The notes beneath the pieces were generated by a model. It worked only from the letters and a program-made list of their open reading frames with translations. It made no database searches and had not been told where the DNA came from. The position numbers and the translations under genes were made by a program. A stretch of 64,000 nucleotides of DNA from an uncultured bacterium (lineage in GTDB: Bacteria > Auribacterota > Erginobacteria > Erginobacterales > Erginobacteraceae): contig CAWGIE010000017.1 of NCBI GenBank assembly GCA_963822585.1, positions 1-64,000 on the forward strand. The letters run 5' to 3'. Of this stretch, positions 59,154-64,000 are shown piece after piece; the stretch's first letter is position 1, and each line of letters starts with the position of its first letter.

Positions 59154-60968
59154 TTAAGGGATGAACTCGTAGATCTCGTAGCATTCATGATGGCTTTCCA
59201 CGCCGGGGTTGACCTCGTATTTCTCGTGACCGGTCAAACGATAACGTTCCCGCATGGAAGCCAGCCAGGCCTGCCAGCGGTCTTCATCGCGCCGGGCGTA
59301 GGGTTCATAACACTCCGGAACGCTGAAGACGACGCACCGGAGCGGGTGGTTGGCGCCGACCGCCTCCGGATCGAAGGAGGCACTCCCTTCCCGGTGAGAG
59401 GGAGAGTAGATACGCTGGTTACAGAGATAGCGGGCGGAGTGGCCCCATTCAAAGAGGCGGGGAAAGAAGTCCAGTCCGAGGTCGGTTTTCAGGCAGACCA
59501 ATTCCGCGTTTCGGGCCTTCTCTGTCCAGAACCGGCGGGCGAACTCCCGGCTCCGCAGGTCCTCGATCTTCTTATAGGGATGGACCAGGTCCGCCACGAT
59601 GGTGCCCAGTTCCAGCAGGGCCGACAGGATAATGAAGAACGTGAAGATTATAGCCCGGATTTTTGTTTTCGGCGCCAGGGAGATGACCTTGCATCCTCCC
59701 AGTCCCGCCAGAAGACAGATGACCGGGGCCAGGTAGAGATTGAAGCGGGTGTTGTACCCGTACGGATATCTATGGAACGCGGCGGCGATGAACGTGAGCA
59801 GGAAAGGCGCCAGAAAAGCAATCAGGACAATTCTTCTTTTTCGGGAGTAGAGAACACCCGTTCCGACCAGGAAGAAAATAAAGGTAAGTGTGGAGCCGCC
59901 GTGAAAGCCGCCGTTGGGATAGGCGAACAACATCCCGGTATGGATGGAGAGCAGCCCCCCGGCCAGGCGGAGTGGTTCCCCCAGGGGGGGGAGGTTTTCA
60001 CCCAGGCGGAGTCCGTGTTGAAACTCTCGGTTTCAGGTTGCGGGCCGCTCAGCCAGGCTTCGGTGTGGTATTGCGGCCCGGTCGAGACCCGGTAGGTGAC
60101 CAGGAACGCGCCCAGCAGAAGAAGGTTGTAGAGGAGAAACGGGGCCAGAAATCTTCGTTGCCTCGGCGGCGCCGGAAGTCTCTCCGGGGAATCATCCCGC
60201 TCGCGCGGCGGGGCGCTTCCCGGCACCTGTCGAGAACCGTTGCCCGCAAAGAATCTCCCGGCGGCCGCCAGGGCGACGCTGATACCGCCGGCGACGAAGA
60301 CAGCCGGGAATGAGAGCCCGACCGCGAACGGAACAGCCAGGGCCAGAAACTATAGCCACCGGCGCTCCCCGGGCTTTTGCCGCCATTCAACGAAGAGCGC
60401 CAACAGCAGCAGGGAGACCGCCAGATCCACCGAGTAGGGCTTTATTTCGGTACCGTGCCGGATCGGGTAATACGCCACCGCGAAGAAAGCCGTTGCCAGA
60501 AGGAGAGGTGTCCCCCCGCACGATCCCGCGGCTCAGGCGATAGAAAAGAAGGACACTGCCCAGGTCGCAGAGGAAGGGAAAGAGCCGTAATGTATACTCG
60601 GAAAAACCCAGGAGTTTGACCGTAAACATCTCCGCCCAGAGGAAAAGCAAGGGTGCGACCTGATGGTAGCGGAGCGCCCCCAGCAGATCGCCGTATCCTC
60701 CGCTCAGGAAGTTAACGGCCAGGAAAGATTCATCGGGACAGATCGGGTAACAGACCAGATACCGGACCAGGCGCGCGATGAGGCCGAAGGCAACGAAAGC
60801 CAGCGGCAGCGGCAGCAGGCGCCCGGTCCAGGGGTCGTCACCCTTTAAAATCGGGACCTCCAGTGGAGCGGTCTCTCCCTTTCTTTCGTCCGGGGTGTTA
60901 TTTTTTTTCTTGACGGCCGGCCGCCCGTCGAAATTTATTTTACTGGGCGAATTCAGCATCGGAATCAT
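59154..60968 (-). pseudogene. GT39/ArnT-like membrane glycosyltransferase with several frameshifts (pseudogene or sequencing errors)
   Basis: DESFLAVN..QVAPLLF..GFSEYTLRL in 60387-60968 and YPYG..RFNLYLAP in 59154-59933; the middle is broken across frames. Confidence 0.6.
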
Positions 60969-60977
60969 CGGGATTTA

Positions 60978-61122
60978 CTAAGGAGAACATTGAATAGATT
61001 GCATCATTTGAAATAGTCATTGCGAGCGGAGCGAAGCAATCTCGTGTTCTCCAAATGGTTGAGATTGCTTCGTCACTTCGTTCCCCGCAATGACATGTAA
61101 CCTATTTTATGCCCTCCGCAAG
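60978..61122. mobile_element. MITE-like element with GTCATTGCGAG palindromic core
   Basis: ctaaggagaacattgaatagattgca...gtcattgcgagcggagcgaagcaatctc...gagattgcttc...cgcaatgac...taacctatt; homologue of 20273-20436. Confidence 0.7.
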
Positions 61123-61217
61123 TACAAGTAACTGTCGAGACTTGAATAAATTCATTTAAATAGTATGATGCTTCCCGGAGTATTCAATTAAAATTGTTAT
61201 GAAATAAAAATTTTAAG

Positions 61218-62057
61218 ATGGAGAAGGTCAGCGCAATCGTCATCTGCAACAACCGGGAAAAGGAGATCGGCCCCTGCCTGAAGAGCCTGCGCTTCGCCGA
61301 CGAGGTGGTGGTGGTCGATTCCTTCAGCACCGACGGCACGCCGGCGGTGGCCCGGGCTCTCGCCGACCGCTTTTACCAGAGGACGTTCCGTTTCCACGGT
61401 AATCAGAAGAACTGGGCGATCGAGCGAACGTCGCACCCCTGGATCGTGGCCATCGACTCAGACGAGGTCGTCCCCGATGATCTCCGGGACGAGATTCTCC
61501 GGACGCTGGAAAGCCCCGCCGCCGACATCTACCGGGTCTACCGGAGGAACTTTCTCTTCGGCCGGGAGATGAAACACGCCGCCTGGAGGACCGACACCGT
61601 GGCCATCCTTTTCCGGAAGGATCGGTACCGGTTCCTGACCGCCGCCCTCCACTCCGATCTCGTCCCCCCGGGGAAACCCGCTTATCTGAAATCCCGGCTC
61701 ATTCACCATCCCCACCGCTCGATCGATGAATTCGTCAGGAAGTCGAGCAGCTACGCCGCCGGGACGGCGCTCAAGTATTTCCGGGAAGGACAGCGGGGGG
61801 CGGCGGTGAGGATGTTTCTTCACCCCTGTTTCAATTTCCTGAAAAACTACGTTTTCCGGCGGGGATTCCTCGACGGCGCCCCCGGGTTGATCAGCGCCGT
61901 CCTCTCCTCCGGCTACGTGGCCGAGAAGTATGCCCGGCTTTGGGAGCTCGAACAGAGAAAGAAGGAAGGAGGGGAGGGGATGGAGTCGGCTCCTCGGCCG
62001 GATGAAGACGATAACGCCGGTAACCCCCGACCGATATTCAAAGCTGAGAATGAGTAA
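61218..62057 (+). CDS. Glycosyltransferase family 2 (beta-1,4-glucosyltransferase-like)
   Basis: VVVDSFSTDGT, QKNWA, IDSDE, RRGFLDG. Confidence 0.93.
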   Translation: MEKVSAIVICNNREKEIGPCLKSLRFADEVVVVDSFSTDGTPAVARALADRFYQRTFRFHGNQKNWAIERTSHPWIVAIDSDEVVPDDLRDEILRTLESPAADIYRVYRRNFLFGREMKHAAWRTDTVAILFRKDRYRFLTAALHSDLVPPGKPAYLKSRLIHHPHRSIDEFVRKSSSYAAGTALKYFREGQRGAAVRMFLHPCFNFLKNYVFRRGFLDGAPGLISAVLSSGYVAEKYARLWELEQRKKEGGEGMESAPRPDEDDNAGNPRPIFKAENE

Positions 62058-62125
62058 TCTTCCCGGTCTGGATCCGATTTATTCATCAGTTATTTTTTCT
62101 GCGGAAAAATAATAGATAGGTCAAT

Positions 62126-62156
62126 TATAAATTAGCGCCGAAGGCGCTAATTTATA
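62126..62156. terminator. Hairpin between convergent genes
   Basis: tataaattagcgcc-gaa-ggcgctaatttata overlapping the regulator stop codon. Confidence 0.6.
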
Positions 62157-62586
62157 GAGGGAGGTATTGTTGGACCGTCGCCACCAACTTACGGTGATCG
62201 ACGGGTTTGACGAGGTATTCCGCGGCCCCCAGTTCGAAAGCTCTGTCGATGTCCCCCAGCTTATCCTTGGCGGTGAGGAAAATGATGGGGATATCTTTAA
62301 ACTCGCCGTACTCCTTGACCAGTTCGCAGAATTCCAGGCCGTTGATCCCGGCCATGGTAATATCGAGGATAATCAGGTCTACCGGCGTTGCACTGAGCTT
62401 GTCCAACCCCTGCTCGCCGCTGGTCGCCGAGACAACGTCATAACCGGTCCCCTTGAGCAGGAAAGTCAAGACGGAAACAGTGGGCCGGTCATCATCGACG
62501 ATCAATATCCTTTTTTTTGTTGGAGATGCGTTCACGGGGTGTGTCAGGTTGGTTTTGGTTGGCAGTTGAATAATCAGGGCTAACAT
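62152..62586 (-). CDS. Single-domain response regulator (start uncertain)
   Basis: ILIVDDD, LIILDITM, IIFLTA, YLVKP. Confidence 0.92.
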   Translation of the reverse strand: MLALIIQLPTKTNLTHPVNASPTKKRILIVDDDRPTVSVLTFLLKGTGYDVVSATSGEQGLDKLSATPVDLIILDITMAGINGLEFCELVKEYGEFKDIPIIFLTAKDKLGDIDRAFELGAAEYLVKPVDHRKLVATVQQYLPL

Positions 62587-64000
62587 GAAATGTTTATCGT
62601 TTCCGTCTTCAGAGTGGCTTGGATTATCTTCAACAGTTCGTTCACGTTAAACGGCTTGGCCAGAGTCGGGATGGCGCCGGCCGCGCCTTTTGTTAATCTC
62701 ATCTCGTCAATATCATGGGCCGATATCAAAAGTAAAGGGATATTCGCGGTCCGGGGATCGCGTTTCAGCCGCTCAATGACTTCATAGCCGCTCATCTCCG
62801 GCATGATCATGTCGAGAATAACCATATCCGGAGTTTCCCGCCCAAGAATCTCCATCGCCTCCATGCCGTCGTAAGCTTTGAGAGGCTTGACTTTCTCCAG
62901 CGTGAGCAGCCGGCTGATAACGCCCACGACATCCTCGTTGTCGTCCGTCACCAGGACCGAGCGCTCTCTCCGGGAACTGATGGCCAAAGGCCGGGCCTCC
63001 CGGAACCGCTCGCGGAGCATGCCCATCAGAGAGGCTTCGGTGGTATCCGCGGCCGGTGCCCCCGCGCCGGCGACGGATAGTTCAAGATCGACCGGTTTCC
63101 CGTTGAGGAGGAACTGTATCTTTCTCAGGCGACTGAGAAGATGTTCCGGGATCTCCTCCCCTGGTTTTCCCCGCAGAATGCCGACGAACTCCCCGGTATT
63201 TTCCAGATCCCAAAAGTGCACCGGGGGTGTGGGGATTTCGCCGATGATCACGGAAAGTTGCTCCAGGAAGGGTTTTATTTTTTCCCCGACCTGCTCTTTC
63301 AACGCCTCCGTCTGTTTCAGTCTGATGCCGAGCATGCTGATCTCTTCTTGCGCTTTTCGAGCCTGCTCGATCTCGTCCCGGAGGCGCTCCCTGAAGAGGT
63401 TTTCATTCTTGTAATCGGGCAGTCGGAAAGAAACCCGGGTTCCCCGGCCCGGCTCGCTTTCCGCCCAGATCTTACCCTCGTGCATCTCCACCAGTATTCG
63501 GGCGATGGCCAGCCCGAGTCCGCTGCCCTCGGTCCCGCCCTTGGGATTGTTCCCCAGCCGGGTGAATTTATTGAATATCCGGGACAGGTCCTGGCGGGGA
63601 ATCCCGACCCCGGTGTCGGAAACGGTGCATCTGACGTACCCTTGCTCGGGGTGTACCTCTACTCCGATCCTTCCTCCGGGAAGGGTGTGTTGCAGGGCGT
63701 TGCCGATCAGGTTGGAGAGGATCTGGCCGATCCGGTCCGGGTCCGCCAGCACCCGGGGATTATTCTCTGCCGCCGTGATTTTTATTTCCAGCCCCTGTTC
63801 CCGGATGGCCCCCTCAAAATGGCCGGCCGTTTTTTCGATCACCTCCACGATGTCGACGAATGATTTTTGAAGCTGAACCCTGCCGGTCTCGATCTTCGAG
63901 ACGTCGAGGAGGTTATTCACGATCCGGGTCATGCGGTCGATCTCACCCATGGTCAGCGAAAGAATTTCTTCCTGGTTCGGGTTCAACGCTCCCTGGATAC
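62580..64000 (-). CDS. Hybrid sensor histidine kinase with C-terminal receiver domain, 5' end outside window
   Basis: LLDVSKIE, NLIGNA, DTGVGI, GSGLGL, then VTDDN..ILDMIMP..KPF. Confidence 0.93.
   Translation of the reverse strand, partial: IQGALNPNQEEILSLTMGEIDRMTRIVNNLLDVSKIETGRVQLQKSFVDIVEVIEKTAGHFEGAIREQGLEIKITAAENNPRVLADPDRIGQILSNLIGNALQHTLPGGRIGVEVHPEQGYVRCTVSDTGVGIPRQDLSRIFNKFTRLGNNPKGGTEGSGLGLAIARILVEMHEGKIWAESEPGRGTRVSFRLPDYKNENLFRERLRDEIEQARKAQEEISMLGIRLKQTEALKEQVGEKIKPFLEQLSVIIGEIPTPPVHFWDLENTGEFVGILRGKPGEEIPEHLLSRLRKIQFLLNGKPVDLELSVAGAGAPAADTTEASLMGMLRERFREARPLAISSRRERSVLVTDDNEDVVGVISRLLTLEKVKPLKAYDGMEAMEILGRETPDMVILDMIMPEMSGYEVIERLKRDPRTANIPLLLISAHDIDEMRLTKGAAGAIPTLAKPFNVNELLKIIQATLKTETINISC

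Noticed and set aside
1528..60968. Frameshifts in pilC, S8 protease, pilP, pilQ, permease, ABC ATPase, MBL nuclease, amrB and GT39 as programmed frameshifting, phase variation or mass pseudogenisation
   Set aside because: Single-base indels, mostly in short homopolymers, in otherwise intact unrelated genes; pilQ has two compensating ones. Long-read consensus error is the simplest explanation. Only read data could rescue the G8 (8433) and G9 (25191) runs as phase-variable.
63000..63400. Active GGDEF domain in the hybrid kinase
   Set aside because: Only a vague resemblance in position and pattern; no GG(D/E)EF motif.

Overview
Bacterial chromosomal window with GC-rich genes and AT-rich spacers. 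The repeated GDYxGDGxxDxAxFRxxxGLWAVRGxTRxYFG modules suggest a PVC-related candidate lineage such as Auribacterota (recollection, unverified). Contents: (1) 1-23.8 kb, a type IV/MSHA-like pilus locus: sigma-54 activator, pilC, a sigma-54-driven major pilin, a TMTC-like TPR glycosyltransferase, two PilT/PilU ATPases, ParA, a PilM-PilN fusion, PilO, PilP-like and PilQ. Two large secreted proteins (S8 protease, four-P-domain protein) and a DUF4160/DUF2442 pair interrupt it. (2) 24-34 kb minus strand: four minor pilins, two tandem tip/adhesin-like paralogues, an SGNH hydrolase and an ABC exporter. (3) An NHL-repeat surface protein, a RAYT-type HUH transposase, a ComEC-like MBL nuclease, flippase-like, radical SAM, WG-repeat and AmrB genes. 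(4) 45.5-59 kb, a co-oriented run pdp - small membrane protein - giant comEC with a dead nuclease domain - 2x comEA - MBL nuclease - DHH phosphoesterase - deoB - punA - RecJ-like/DnaQ exonuclease - DUF3006, which looks like a DNA uptake-and-digestion system. (5) Glycosyltransferases and a two-component pair. Many gene junctions carry inverted arrays of short repeats or REP-like palindromes, some enclosing small cargo genes or their remnants. Numerous single-base frameshifts are most likely sequencing/assembly indels. I saw no rRNA, tRNA or convincing CRISPR array. All assignments are by-eye motif recognition; no database search was run.
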